A stretch of 64,000 nucleotides of DNA from NCBI RefSeq assembly GCF_006345805.1, contig NC_043005.1, forward strand, positions 52,886,001 to 52,950,000, given 5' to 3'. Shown piece after piece: positions 50,625 to 64,000 of the stretch (positions within the stretch are counted from its first letter, which is position 1; each line of letters begins with the position of its first letter). The stretch is from Octopus sinensis. Lineage: Eukaryota. A model generated the notes under the pieces. The model saw nothing but the letters and a program-made list of their open reading frames with translations. It made no database searches and was not told where the DNA came from. The translations under genes and the position numbers were made by a program.

Positions 50625-51784
50625 TTGTGTGTGTGTTTGCATGTATGCAAATGTGATTTGGTGAGGTGGTTAAGAGGTTTTGCTTCACAACAACAAGTCT
50701 GTGAAATGGACCATACCAGTAATTCTAAGGGTCAATCGTAGCACTCACAGTGTGATATTAATTCTGCTTTGGCAAAATCTCATGACTATGGGATACTCAT
50801 CCTCTTATCCTATTATTCAGTGAGTAATAATTTTGATGGAACAATCAGAGCATTCTTTATTCTAACAGACGAAAATCCTTTTACTTCTTTTTAGTTTAAT
50901 ATACATATATCGGTGTTTATGTGTGTGTGTGTGTGTGTGTGTGTGTGGACATGAGTGTTTCTCTCAATAGTTAGTGAATTTCTTTTGAAACTTGGATTAG
51001 GGATTTTGTTTTGTTTTGTCTAAGTGGATTTTTGAAATTCGTCTTAATTCTGCTGACTTGGATGTTTTTGAATAAGACCACTTGAAATAATGATAATAAC
51101 AATAAAAAGTCCCCACAAGAGCTACTTATTCATCTTTCAGTAGTTCTTCAGATACCTGAAATCTAATAGAACAGGGAAACAGAATGATGATAATGATAAT
51201 GGTGGTGCTGATGGTGAATGCTTGTTCCTGCTTTAATTACACTTAAAAATCAACTTATCTTAATATATATTTACCCACACACAAGTGTGTGGATGCGTTT
51301 ATGAAACTAACTGAAGTTAGCAGAAGGCAATATAAGTGGTTTAATTTTTATATTTATGATTCACTTACTGTTTTTTTTTTTTATATATATATTTACTTCT
51401 ATGTCTTGGGAACCAGAAACAACCTACCTTAATTTCACAACCAACTTCATTCATATTTTAATTTTCTTTAAAAACAATTTGTTTCTTTTTCTTATTTTCA
51501 CATTTAATTTCAACAGGTTGTTTTTTTTATCTTGTATAATTTTATACATTTCTATTGATAGTTGTTTTTTGTTTTGTTTTTGTCTTTGAATTTATTTAGA
51601 GGATTGAGGAGTATTAAAATGTAAAACTTCAACAGGAAATTTCGTCTCCAAAATTCAAGCATGTTTTGTTGCTTAGTTACTTGAGCTTAAAGGCCTGTTT
51701 AGACTAAAATGTCTAATAGACATGTTATCATCTGAAGTTGAAGTTTTGTGTCTTTAAAAAGAGAGCAAAGGTGTGGTAAAGTTT

Positions 51785-51838
<54 letters not shown>

Positions 51839-51839
<1 letters not shown>

Positions 51840-52235
51840 TAGCAGTATAACTCGGGTTTGTTTTCTTTTTGACCCTTTAGTATTGAAATTTTTGAAAAGT
51901 AAAAATTTTGCATTATATAGCCTGTTATTCTCTTTAAGTGAACATTTTTCTGGTTGAAATACACCGAAAAATGGCAATACAGCAGTAAAAAAAATCGTAA
52001 AAAAATAGGGACTTTCATAGAAAAAAAAAGCACCTTTTCAATGTAAATAATTTTTGGTCTTAACATGGTCCGATTTGAATTTTTTCTTCTATCGAATGAA
52101 GAGCAAGCCTTCTTCTATCATAATCTCAATTTTGGTCAACTTGCGCTGCAGGGTCTCAGAAGAGATAGTGTTAGTTGAAGGCTACCAAACCTGTCACACA
52201 CACACACAGACAACTTCAGCTTTATATATATATAT
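51839..52235 (-). mobile_element. non-autonomous Helitron, ~400 bp
   Basis: Minus-strand 3' end CCCGAGTTATACTGCTAG|T with the hairpin partly lost. 5' end TATATATAAAGCTGAAGTTGTCTGTG. Confidence 0.72.
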
Positions 52236-52248
52236 GTATTTATATATA

Positions 52249-53152
52249 CAGAGGTATCAAAAAGTTCCCGGACTAGTTCTGTAGCACACCAACAGATGAC
52301 AGCACATAGTTGCATGCACAGTGAGAGCTAGCAGTGACCTTCATTAGGCAGCGTGTTGAGTGACATCACTGTGTTTACTTCACAAGTTGTGAAATTTGTG
52401 TTTTTGTGATCACGTGTATGTTGTAGTCTGCAAGTTTTGTCATGGACAAGAAGTTGGAACAAAGAGCCAACATGAAATTTTGCGTTAAACTCGGTAAGCC
52501 TGTTACAGAGATATTGAGCCTGCTTCAGCAAGCTTACCATGACGAGGCAATGTGTCGGTCACAATGTTTCGAGTAGCACAGGCACTTCAAAAGATACAAC
52601 AGAACCGTAGCTTAATGCAGAGCATGGTCATTGTTTTCTTCAACATGTGTGGTATTGTGCATTGAGAATTCAACCTCAGGGCCAGACCATCGAATGAGAA
52701 TTCTACTGCGATGTTTTGGAGCATTTGAGAGAACATTCAGTAAAAGTGACTGGATCTATGGAGCGCGAAGAATTGGATCCTTCACGGCAACAATGCACTC
52801 TGTCCTCGAGCTCTCCTCATTTGTGAGTTTCTTGACAAAAACATGGTATCGCTTCTGCACCAGCCCTATTTGCCAGATTTAGCACATGCAGGCTTCTGTT
52901 TCTTCCTCCAAGACGAAAATGCAGCTCAAAGCTCACCATTTTAATATCGTTGTCGAGATCAAGAGTGAATCGCAGCTGATCCTCTACTTGCTTACAGAAA
53001 ATGACTTCCAGGCTGGATTCCAAAAGTGGCAGGAATGCTGGGACCAATGTATTGTTGCACAAGGTCACTATTTTGAAGGAGATGATGTTAAAAACTTAGG
53101 TAAATAAGTTTTTTTTTATTGAACACTAGTCTGGGAACTTTCTGATACCACC
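52249..53152 (+). mobile_element. decayed, internally deleted mariner
   Basis: TIRs GGTATCA(A/G)AAAGTTCCC(G/A)GACTAGT. Reads MDKKLEQRANMKFCVKLGK (ATG 52442)...SMVIVFF...WILHGNNA...HQPYLPDLA...FQKWQECWDQCIVAQGHYFEGD* (53107). The central region is missing. Confidence 0.9.
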
Positions 53153-54016
53153 ATGAAAACAGATAAATAAGATGTGATTATTTATTTCTATAATGACATT
53201 GTAGGATAGGTATGAAAGGCAAGATCTGGTCAGTTTGTAAAACAGGTAGAATATTTTTGTCTGATATAGCTGGTTTAAATGCTAAAGAAGCACTATTTAT
53301 TGAAACTCTTTTAACCTTTTTGATCCCAACCTACCTGGGACCACACCTGTTTCTATTATACAATTTCCCATTTTAATGTGATCTAACTAAAAAGCCTTCC
53401 ATTGAAATTTCATGTTTATGTTCCCAAACACCAACTCGACCCCTTTTGTTACCACATTACTTTTGGGAAACAGTCTTTTGTGTCAATTAATTTTGAAAAT
53501 GAAGAAGAATTTAGCATAATTGCCATTATCAAACTTGTGATTAGAAATAATTAACACTAATTTTGAATCAGGAAGCTTCTATCAGAGAACAACTCAGGCA
53601 AGTCTATATCAAGAAGTGTTAACGACAAAGTTAGTTTACCAAATACTTTCTTATTAAAAAATCTGCTCTGCATTGGTACATTTTTATCAACCCTAACAAG
53701 ATTTAAGATTTCTGGATGGCTGCATTTGAACTCAGAACCAAGCAATTTATCCATTGTTCTACAATTCTGCCATATTCATTGTTTAAAAAAAAAAAGGTAT
53801 TTCTTAATGCATTTGTAATTTCTTCAACAGGTTTATCAATAATGGATTTTGTTGAGCTTAGGTATATCTGTGAAACTTTTTGCATTAATGGCATTAATTT
53901 ATTAATTATCTTGGAAGATCTCATCGTTAATGGATTTGCCAAATTTAGATCTGACTTTGTCAGCCATGACTAATTATTCCCCATCTCACTCTCATGCTCA
54001 CACAGGTGTAACCATT

Positions 54017-54054
<38 letters not shown>

Positions 54055-55366
54055 AGAGAGAGATACACTTTAGCTTTGCCAATTGATTAAAACATTATCT
54101 TTAATTTACTTGTCAACCAAAAATTCCTACTAACAAAGCAGCTTTGCATATCTATATCTGTATTCATACCTTGTCTCCTATATCTTTAATTATGGATATG
54201 TAAGAAGGCTATGCTCATATATGCTTTTGGGACAATTTCTGTTGATGCTTTTATACTGAAGCCAACAAAACATATTTTTGTTTTTCTAAAATGCAAAGCA
54301 CTAAATGTGTTAATATCTAAAATTTTGCAGGAAAATATAAAGTTCTCAAAACTGTGGAAATTTTAAAGTTGAAGAACATCTGTTTTTGTTATGATGTGTA
54401 TTTATTTAGTCAAGTTTTTGTTTGCATATGTGAATGCAGAGTTATTTGAGATAGACAGCAGGCAGCTTACAATTCACAAATGAACGTCCATCTGACCATA
54501 TACAATGTTAGATTTGACGTTTTTGGCATTCAAACTGGCCAGATCCAATCTCTTGCACCTACCCTACAATGCCATTCTAAAAATTATATGATCACATCAC
54601 CAAAACCTGAAAGCTGCAAGATAATTCGTTATTAATTCAAAACAATGTGAATAAATGAGCATTACATTTGACAGAGTAATCTGAATGTTAAAGAGTCTAA
54701 ATTAACCTCTTCCATACAATATGTGGAAGAATTTGAAATGCTCAAAATTGGTCCTTGTTTATTAGATGTGAAACCCTTTTGAAGAAACTAATGTGAAGTG
54801 ATAAGAATTTATAGCTGACTTGTATTCATTTAGTGATGCAGCAACAAAGCCCTGCAGTTTAGTTACCGCCTTCATGAATATGGTTAATTATATAGATCAC
54901 AGTACTTAATGAAAGTAATGAAAGGTAAAAGTTGACCTCAGCAGGATTTGGAACCTAGAACATAAATGGATGCAACCAAACACTACAAAGTCATTTATAC
55001 TGTGCTCTATCAATTCTGCAAACCCGTAGGGGTTATCATCTGGTGACATGTTTTGGTTCAGGTGTTTCCATAAAGCGATACAGATCATCATCACACTATT
55101 TCTCTTTGTCATGTCCCAAGTTCCTGATGCTGTTTATTAGTAACTTACATTTTCCTAAATGATAATTATCTATAATATCTCTGGCTCATTGATTTGACTC
55201 ATATCATAGACGAGAGTAGATTTTTATCATTTGCTAGACATGATAGAATTGAAAATTGAACAGCAACCCAAAATATTTTAAAATCTCAAAAAAAAGAAAA
55301 AAGAAAAAAAAGTTCACTTGGGCACAAACTGTTTAAAAACTGACCCCCTAAGTCAGAATGTTCAAG

Positions 55367-55720
55367 GGTGTGGCTGTGTGATAAGAAGTTTTCTTTCCAA
55401 CCACAAAGGTTCTTGGTTCAGTCTAAATGCCTTGGGCCAACCAAAGCCTTGTGAGTGGATTTGGTAGACGAAAACTGAAAGAAGCCCACTGTGTGTGTGT
55501 TTGTTTGTGTTTGTACCCTACCACCACTTGACAACAGGCAATAGTGTGTGTTTATATCCTTGTAACTTAGCAGTTTGGCAAAAAAAAAAAGCAATAGAAT
55601 AAGCACCAGCCTAAAAATGAAAGCAGTAATAGGTACTGGGGTTGATCCATTTGACCAAAAATTCCTGAACGTGGTGCTCCGGCATGACGACAGTCACATG
55701 GCTGAAAAAAGTAACAGATA
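55367..55720 (+). mobile_element. family A SINE with a 5' internal deletion
   Basis: GGTGTGGCTGTGTGATAAGAAG...GCCTTGTGAGTGGATTTGGTAGACG...CGGCATGACGACAGTC. Confidence 0.82.
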
Positions 55721-56206
55721 AAAGGAACACATGGTTAGTTGATTGTTTGTTAGCCATACAAAACTCCCCCCTCCCACCCCTTTTGAGTTTAAGGTCGGGT
55801 GAACTGGTATATTGACACTTTTGAGTTAAAAAGTGATAGGGTTGATTTTTCAATCTGACCACCTGCTTATCTTCAAGATTGAAGTTGATGAATTCAGTTT
55901 GACCGTTGTTTTATTTTTATAACTTTTATGTGGTCATTTGTGAAATTCTATAATTAATATATTGGTTTCTTTTGACAGGAACAAAATTCCTATGCTTTAG
56001 GTTTAAAAAAAAAGGCGTGATATTGTGGTGTTTGGGCATTTTGGTAGCAGTGTTAGAAATTTGATTAAACTACAAAGTGGCCTGGTTCTTATCTTTCACT
56101 CTATTACAGTAACACAATAGTAGTAGAAGGAAAGTATTGCACTTTTGTGCAGTTCAAGGCCTGCCTTGGTTTAATAGACTTACAATCAAGTGAATTTCAG
56201 GTTCAG

Positions 56207-56582
56207 GTCTGGCTGTGTGGTAAAAGGTTAACTTCCCAACTACATGGTTCTAGGTTCAGTCCCACTGTGACATTTTGGGTAATTGTCTTCTGCTATAGTT
56301 CTGGGCCGACCAAAAGCTTGTGAGTGTATTTGGTTGATGGAAACTGAAAGAAGCCTGTCATGTGTATACATCTGTGTGTGTGTATGTCTTCGTGTTTCTC
56401 CTCCAATGCTGCTTGGCAAGTGATGTTGGTTTGTTTTCTTTCCTGCAATTTAGTGGTTCAGAAAAAAGTGACCGATAAAATAAGTACCAGACTTGAAAAA
56501 CTAAAATAATTATTAGAGTTGATTTGTCCAATAGAGTGCCCCAACATGGCCTCAGTCCTGTGACTGAAACAAGTAAAAGATA
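56207..56582 (+). mobile_element. family A SINE
   Basis: TGGCTGTGTGGTAAAAGG...GGTTCAGTCCCACTG...GACTGAAACAAGTAAAAGAT. Confidence 0.85.
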
Positions 56583-57301
56583 ATAGTCATCCTCTCTTGT
56601 TATGTTGAACTCCATAGTCCAATTTATCCTTAAGATAGCAGGGTGCAGGTTGAAAGAGACTTGGCTGCTGTTTCTAGCAATTCGTGCAGCAACATAGAGG
56701 CTCTATCATTTGCTTGCAATATTCTATTGTGAATTAACCCTTCAGCACTTCAACTGGCCATATCAAGTCCAAATATTCTACATATTTTACCTTCAAACCA
56801 ACTAGATCTACCTTCTCAAACCTACCCTACAACCTCATTCTATAAAGAGTCACCACTTGCACATATTCCTAAATATTCTCTGCCTGTCTCTCTATTTTTC
56901 TGTTTTATTTCCTTTGGACTATCCGCTCATTGGGCTTTCCTTGGCTTATCCATTATCCACTGCCCGGTTGCTGGCACTTGGTGACTAAAGCTGCTGCTAT
57001 TTTGTTGGTGTTTGCTATCATTATCATTGGGGTTGCGTTTCCTCGCTTGTCATCTAGCCTTTACTTATTGCATGGAAAGCATCTCTCTAAAACAGGGTCG
57101 GGGAAACTTTTTTAACCAATTACTCCAAAATATATTTATTTACACTGACGTTACCCACTTGATTTCAAAGGAAGAAAATCATATATTCTTTGGATTCAGA
57201 AGGTTTATTGAATCTGTTTACACATCCATTACATTGGACAGGTGCAGTGTTGCCAGAAGAAAAATTTCTATCATAATGAGGAACATGTTTTTTTATATAT
57301 A

Positions 57302-57534
57302 TATATTTCTTTACTACCCACAAGGGGCTAAACATAGAGGGGACAAACAAGGACAGACAAATGGATTAAGTCGATTATATCGACCCAGTGCGAAGCTGGT
57401 ACTTTATTTATCGACACCAAGAGGATGAAAGGCAAAGTCGACCCCGGCGGAATTTGAACTCAGAACGTAACGACAGATGAAATATGGCTAAGTATTTCGT
57501 CTGGCGTGTTAATGTTTCTGCCAGCTCGTCGCCT
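57302..57534 (-). mobile_element. well-preserved family C SINE, reverse
   Basis: Minus strand AGGCGACGAGCTGGCAGAAAC...GTTCTGAGTTCAAATTCCGCCGGGGTCGAC...CCCCTTGTGGGTAGTAAAGAAAT. CpGs are retained. Confidence 0.92.
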
Positions 57535-59589
57535 ATGCTTTTTTATATAATTTTACTTACATTTAAATGAGTTCTCATTATTACCCCGGTTTGCTGACCC
57601 CCCTGCTCTAAGAACTAGCATATCTGACCCGCTTCTCATTTTAACTAGTTGACTGTGGCAATATAGCGACAACTAGTTTATGGAGGAGAGATTGGGACAA
57701 ATTATTGATGCTGGTAAGAGATTATATTACTGAGAAACAATTAAAAGGTTTATTTCTAGTTTTAAATATGTCAGATCTTGTTTAGAATGTCTGAATGCAG
57801 TAATTTTGAGGATGGTAAGATGTTTTTGTTGCCGTTTTGGGAAGAAAATGTATTAATTTAAGGCTAATGCTGCTAAAAATTTCATGTAAATGTGTGTGTG
57901 TACCTATGCATACATTTTGGGTTCTCACTGAATGTTATCCTGATCATCTGTACAAATCTACAATAATCTATTAAAAAATACAAATATATATATTAAAAAA
58001 AAGTAATAATAATTTATGTATGCCTTGTGAGTGGAATTCGATAGACAAATTGTTTGAAAGTCTGTGTGTGTGTGTGTAAAGCAGTTGATTTGTATCCCTT
58101 ATGTCCAAAGGTAAACTTAGCCATTTGATAAATATATATCAATAAAATAACTTGTGCCAGACTGAAATATGTACTTGGGTGCTTGTCTGTTAAAATCCTT
58201 GAAGGAGGAGGTGCCTCAACTATTTGGATATTAAAGAAAGTGTAAATTGTTAATTTTTCTCATCATTTTTTGATAAGCAATGTTGAAATAAAATTGGATA
58301 TTTTGCTTCATTAACTGAGTTTATTGCAATTTCTTGGTTCAATTCAAATTAAATTTTTCAATAACAGCCCACCTGAGACTACTCTTGCTCCCAGGTTACC
58401 AAACCACCTTAAACTGTTCATATTAAATGTAAATATATTTGTTTTATAATTTATATTAAAATTACCAACCAGAGTCTCATAATTTCCCGAATACCAACTT
58501 CAAGGAAAAGCTCTGACATCATTTTTCTTTTTTTTTTTAATCAGTTTGATAAATTCCAATAATAAAAAAAATATTTAAAAAGAAATTGCATTTTTCATCA
58601 AATAACTTTTTTAAATTTTTAATTATTTTGGAGATTAATAGAAACACAAAAAATAAGCATTGTAGCCTTATCCAGGATGGCTGATACAAACTAAAGAATT
58701 TAAATTCTGCAGCCTACATTTAGTAGAAATTTGGTAGTAAAATAAGCCGACGAGGAAACCCCTACATGGTTGGTTGACCTGTTAGCCCGGTCTCCTTCAA
58801 ATCAGACCAACACCACCCTGACCATTTTGATACCAACCTAATTGAAACCAGCCCTAGTTTTTATTTTAAATTAAAACTTGCCTTCAAAATTTCATTTATG
58901 TTCCAAATTCCAGTTTTATAACGACAGTTATTTTGCTAAATTCTTCATTATTTTAAGGATTAATTGAAATAAAGACGGTGTATTTCAGTAGGAATATGGT
59001 AACAGGAAGATTAAACAAGGACATGTTGGATAATGCAGTCATAGGTTTACTTGAGGCAAAACCTCAATAATATGGTCATTAAATTTCTTTCTTAAGACTT
59101 TAATTAGAAGTGCAAATGTTTAAGCCAAAAGTTTGAAGAACTGCACTCTTCAGCTATATCCCTTGGCTGGATACACCTTGTTAACTCAAAATTTTGCATT
59201 CAGTTATAGTCTGTTTCTGATGTTTTTTTTATCTATTATTTTATTTGTGGCTCTTAGTGAAGTACTAGAATCTGAGAATACTAAATACTACTTTAGGTTC
59301 TGGTATCCTAAGTTTTCTGATAGGAACATTATTATTATTATTATTATTATTAAAAAAGAAATAAAATGAAAGCCACACCCACGCTTAGATACAGTAATCC
59401 TTCACCATATTGCAGTTCACTTATTGCAGTTTAGGAAGCTTACGTCAATTCCTCTGTGGTGTTGTTTTGGGCCTTGAATGAGGGGAATTTTTTAAAGGTT
59501 AGAAAGAAGTTAGTGTACATAAATGAATTGATTTGGTACAAATGCTGTGGTAGAAATTCCCAATAAAATGTAAATCAAATGTTGTTCAA

Positions 59590-59800
59590 GAGAGATGGCC
59601 ACATTGTTACGTACATGTAATATATATGAAGGCCAGTAACTGTATAAAGAAGTACCTGCACTTGAAATGGATAAAACCTATGGAAGAAGTGGACCTTGGA
59701 GTAAATGGGATGAAGTAATGAAGGTTGATCTAAAAATGCTGCACCACACAAAGGAGATGATAAAGGATATTGATGACATGTGGTCCTGGAGTACCACTCA
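59590..59800 (+). pseudogene. RTE-clade LINE C-terminal relic
   Basis: LEMDKTYGRSGPWSKWDEVMKVDLKMLHHTKEMIKDIDDMW resembles the RTE end, LEVEGTCGRGRPRKTWDEVVKxDLR...DRxxWR. Confidence 0.7.
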
Positions 59801-61478
59801 TCTGTGCAAGTGCTGTGAAACCATCAAAATGTTGGTAGTTGTGGATGCTGGAATATATTATATTTACATTTGTCTATTGCCCACTGTGTTCCTCGTCATT
59901 CTTCAGTTTGCTGCTGACCTCTGCATTCAGTAACTCACATTTCACTTCCATGCAACATTGCACTCTGTATGAAAGCATCACTCAGTAGAAGTAGTAGCTC
60001 CCCAAACAAAAAATGCTTTCAGAGCAGCCACCTTCACTCCTAATTAGGTCATCTATGTAATGGAAGCTGTAAACTACTTCTGAGGTGTGTTTTGAGTTTG
60101 AAAATTTACTACATGAGTGCTCTTACTGCTAACTACTGAATGTAGGCTGTGTACAGAGTTTTTTTTCCTTTTGTCGACCTGCCTACATGTAGTTCTACGA
60201 CTCTAGTGCACCTCTAGCTTACGATTAATATTACAAGAGAGTTCCTACCCACTTCTTAGAACATGAGTTGGATGCATTTTATTTTGCCAACATCACTAGA
60301 AAAGGTGACTCCAAGAGCTAAACTGTCCTCTTCATATTGTTATCATTTGCCTTCAGTGTGGCTTGAGAATGGCAGGGTTCCAGATTTAAAATGTCACTTA
60401 GACTGTTGGGAAAAGATGTGCAAGATTTCTAGCACCCATGGAGTTCCAAACAGAATGGATATTAAATCAAGACAAACTTTGGTAGTTTGTCTGCTTTAAT
60501 ATTTTAGACCAGGGATTTTTTTTTTGTTTTGTCTCTTTAGGTCACTCTCCTATATTATTAATTCTTTATATTCGCCTGTTAGGTGTTAAATGTTTAAACT
60601 ACCTAAACAAATGGCCTAAAATGTTGGTAGCTTGTGGTGGTGGTAGCGATGATGATGATGATGAATACAATCAACAGTGCAAAAGCAAGAAACAGAACAC
60701 TGACTTGTGCTTGTCAAACTAGCTTGACAGTTCTCCATGACTGAGTGTCTTAAAACGAAAATTGCTTAGTTCTCCCCTGAAAGGGTCTTTTAATGGAAAG
60801 ATAATCAGCAAAGAAGAATAAGTGCAGTCAATAATTCACTCAACATTTAAGAAATCAGTGTTTAACTTTTCAAAAGCCTACCTGCCAGTTTCTGACTTTA
60901 AAAGTTTTGCTAGATTGTAAAGAGAGAGAGAATCTATTTGTGACAAGTAGTGGTTTGCAGATTTGTCAAGTAGACTAAGATGGTTTTGGCAGCTCACATT
61001 CAGCAGGTTCTCTCTTGCAAATGTTTGTTGTTGAAAAGTTATTTGTCTACCTGTAACTGGCAACTAACACGTGTGTGTGTGTGTGTGTGTGTGAGAGAGA
61101 AAGAGGGGGGGGGAAGAAAACAAACCCCATTTATTACTCTATCATTCTTGCCTTTTCTTTCTTCTTCTTCTTTTTGCTTCTCTTCATCAGTTTCATTTAT
61201 GTCGTTGTCAAGTTATAAATAGAAGTTTTTGTTGAGAATTTGTTGCCATATATAAACAATGAAATCATTGTAAACTTGTTAATGTTTCCTTTGTGTGTGT
61301 GTGAGAGAGATCTGTGCTTAACACTTTTGATACCAGCCTTGTTGATCGCCTCAGTAACAAAATCTAATTTTAAAAAGATTTCATATGTGGGTTAGGCTCT
61401 CTATCATATCACTGAATTCTTTTTTTTTTTAAATATAATTGAAAAACTTTTCTTTCCTTTTTCCTTTGTTTGTAATTA

Positions 61479-61866
61479 GGCATAGGAGTGGCTGTGTGGT
61501 AAGTAGCTTGCTTACGAACCACATGGCTCCGGGTTCAGTCCCACCGCGTGGCACCTTGGGCAAGTGTCTTCCACTATAGCCTCGGGCCGACCAAAGCCTT
61601 GAGTGGATTTGGTAGATGGAAACTGAAAGAATCCCGTTGTATATATGTATGTACGTGTGCGTGTCTGTGTTCCCCCCATCGCTTGAAAGCCGATGCTGGT
61701 GTGTTTACGTCCCCAAAACTTACCGGTTCAGCAAAAGAGACTGATAGAATTATTACTGGGCTTACAAAGAATAAGTCCTGGGGTCGATTTGCTCGACTAA
61801 AGGCAGTGCTCCAGCATAGCCACAGTCAAATGACTGAAACAAGTAAAAGAGAGCAAAAAGAGAGAG
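61479..61866 (+). mobile_element. near-consensus full-length family A SINE
   Basis: GGCATAGGAGTGGCTGTGTGGTAAGTAGC...CCGGGTTCAGTCCCACCGCG...GACTGAAACAAGTAAAAGAG. CpG-rich, so probably young. Confidence 0.95.
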
Positions 61867-62151
61867 ACTGTGGCCATGCTGAGGCACCATCTTGATTTTG
61901 TTTTTAGCTTAATGCATTGATTCCAGTACTTGTTTTCATAAACCTGGTTTTTATTCTACCAGTTTCTTTTGTTGAACTGCCAAGTTACAAGGGTTGGGGT
62001 GATAAACACAGAAACAAAGATACACACACATATATATATATATGACAGGTTTCTTTCAGTTTCTACTTTGGGTGGCCTGGCACTATAGTAGCAGACACTT
62101 GTCCAAAGTAACAAGCATAACCATGTTGTTGGGAAGCAAACTTCTTACCAC
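61866..62151 (-). mobile_element. older family A SINE, reverse, tail-to-tail with the preceding copy
   Basis: GACTGTGGCCATGCTG...TTCTTTCAGTTTC...CTATAGTAGCAGACACTTGTCCAA...GGGAAGCAAACTTCTTACCAC. Confidence 0.85.
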
Positions 62152-62729
62152 TTGGTATGGCACTGGCAAAACCAGAGCTTAAGGCCATTTCTAGTTCTTT
62201 CTTAACATCACAGACTTTGGTTCTGTTGACAAGTTGCTGTCATGATCTCTCTCCCTGGAGACTGCTCATAATGCAGAGCAACAATTTCCCATACTAGCAA
62301 TGTTATAAATTGTAATTCATTTCCAGAAAAATATTTTACCTATAAGATTTAAAATACTTGTAAATAAATGACAATAAAACAACAGTAGAATGTAAAGAAT
62401 ATTTTATGTAAAGTAAAAAGAACGTCAAGATCTCTTATATTAAAAAGATATTATTATAATCGTTTTCTTAATCACTTTCACTAGACTAGCTCACACAATC
62501 ACCAATTCACAAGCACTCATAGACGGACTTGTAGATTTCTTTTTAGAAAACAAGTCTAGAGTTGTTTGCTTAGTAGAAAACTTTTCCGCTCTATAAATTT
62601 CGCTGTAACATACTGAAGCATTTATTATGGTAGTAGAAACTTTTGCATTTCATTCAAAATTTGTATCTTCTGCTTGAAAAATAAAACTCATAAACCCAAG
62701 GTCTCATATAGCGGGTCCTTGTAAAGTGA

Positions 62730-63134
<405 letters not shown>

Positions 63135-63360
63135 ATTAAAAGAGAAAGGGGAAAACAAAAAAATGTATAAAAACGTGGAAAAAAAAATTTTACTCTACAA
63201 CACATACAATCTGTCACGTACAGTACAAGCATGTGTGGTCAGTTGTTGGTGTTAGGAACCACAGCAACTACAGGCATTGCCCAATTATCAAGGAACTGTG
63301 TATTACAATGATGGAGGAAGTGGAAGAGGAGGAGGCAACAGGCAGCTGTTGGTGAAGCTG

Positions 63361-63414
63361 ACAATGGTGATGATGATGATGATGATGATGTTGTTAGCTA
63401 GCTAGCTAGCTAGC
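63361..63414. repeat. (GAT)n and (GCTA)n simple repeats in the presumed 3' UTR
   Basis: GATGATGAT... followed by TAGCTAGCTAGCTAGCTAGC. Confidence 0.9.
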
Positions 63415-64000
63415 TTATAGCCAAGTGGAAATCCTCCATATAGAGAGACTTTTATTTTTTTTTTTCCCCTGCCGCCTGCTAGCTGGCTGTCAAACATTTT
63501 ATCACAAACCACAGACTTATATGAACTTTGACTGGACAGACTCTTTAAGGTTCCAAAAATCCATTAAGAAGAAAAAAAAATTCAAAAAATCTGTTAAACA
63601 ACTTTTTTCTCATTGACCTTTATAATTTTTTTTTTTTATATATATACACTAATATTAAATAATAGTGAATAGTTTTGCTGGAAGTTCCAAAACCAAATAC
63701 CAGCGGCAGAAGCTAAATGGCTGAATTTTTACATTTTTTTTTTTCTCTCACTTTCATTCAGTCACTTTGATTCCCATCATCTTTATTTTTAATGAATGAA
63801 TTAATTAATCAATTAAGTACTATTGTATTAAACCTTCCTCTCTGTAACTCTCTCTCTCTCTTTAGCTCTCCCTTTTTTTTTTTTTTTTTAATATATATAA
63901 ATATATATCTGTCTTTCTCTTCCCGTTTAGATTAAGTGTCCGTATGTCGTAATGTACTGATTTTGATTTTTAAAAGTTTTCCAGTGTTGTCACCTCTCCA

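Noticed and set aside
51401-51430. MSWEPETTYL resembling the chromodomain TWEPEENL motif
   Set aside because: No upstream acceptor, no KWKG or other chromodomain residues, flanks are T-rich, and it lies downstream of the hinge-like exon.
53557-53973. Overlapping 65-85 aa ORFs on both strands
   Set aside because: No domain similarity recognised, start codons are non-canonical or arbitrary, and lengths are within chance expectation.

Overview
This is AT-rich, repeat-dense eukaryotic DNA. Its SINE, MITE and microsatellite content matches what I recognise from Octopus genomes, so the species assignment is inferred, not proven. Most of the window looks like long introns of a + strand HP1/chromobox-family gene. 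A terminal exon (62905-63134) encodes a clear but divergent chromo shadow domain. An upstream exon (28416-28638) encodes an E/K/R-rich helix, and a 48-nt candidate exon lies at 45508-45555. Linkage of these exons into one gene is inferred, and I found no chromodomain exon. The rest is transposon-derived: a near-intact DD34D mariner, a second internally deleted mariner, two DD41D-type Tc1/mariner relics, a piggyBac family present as a deletion series plus TTAA MITEs, three non-autonomous Helitrons, RTE and R4/Dong LINE scraps, and several tRNA-derived SINE families. The best second-look items are the atypical HP1 architecture, a ~60-bp foldback hairpin at 23266-23419, a tail-to-tail inverted SINE pair just upstream of the last exon, and head-to-tail SINE arrays. 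I found no CRISPR arrays, rRNA or convincing tRNA genes. Most ORFs in the supplied track are microsatellite or repeat artefacts.
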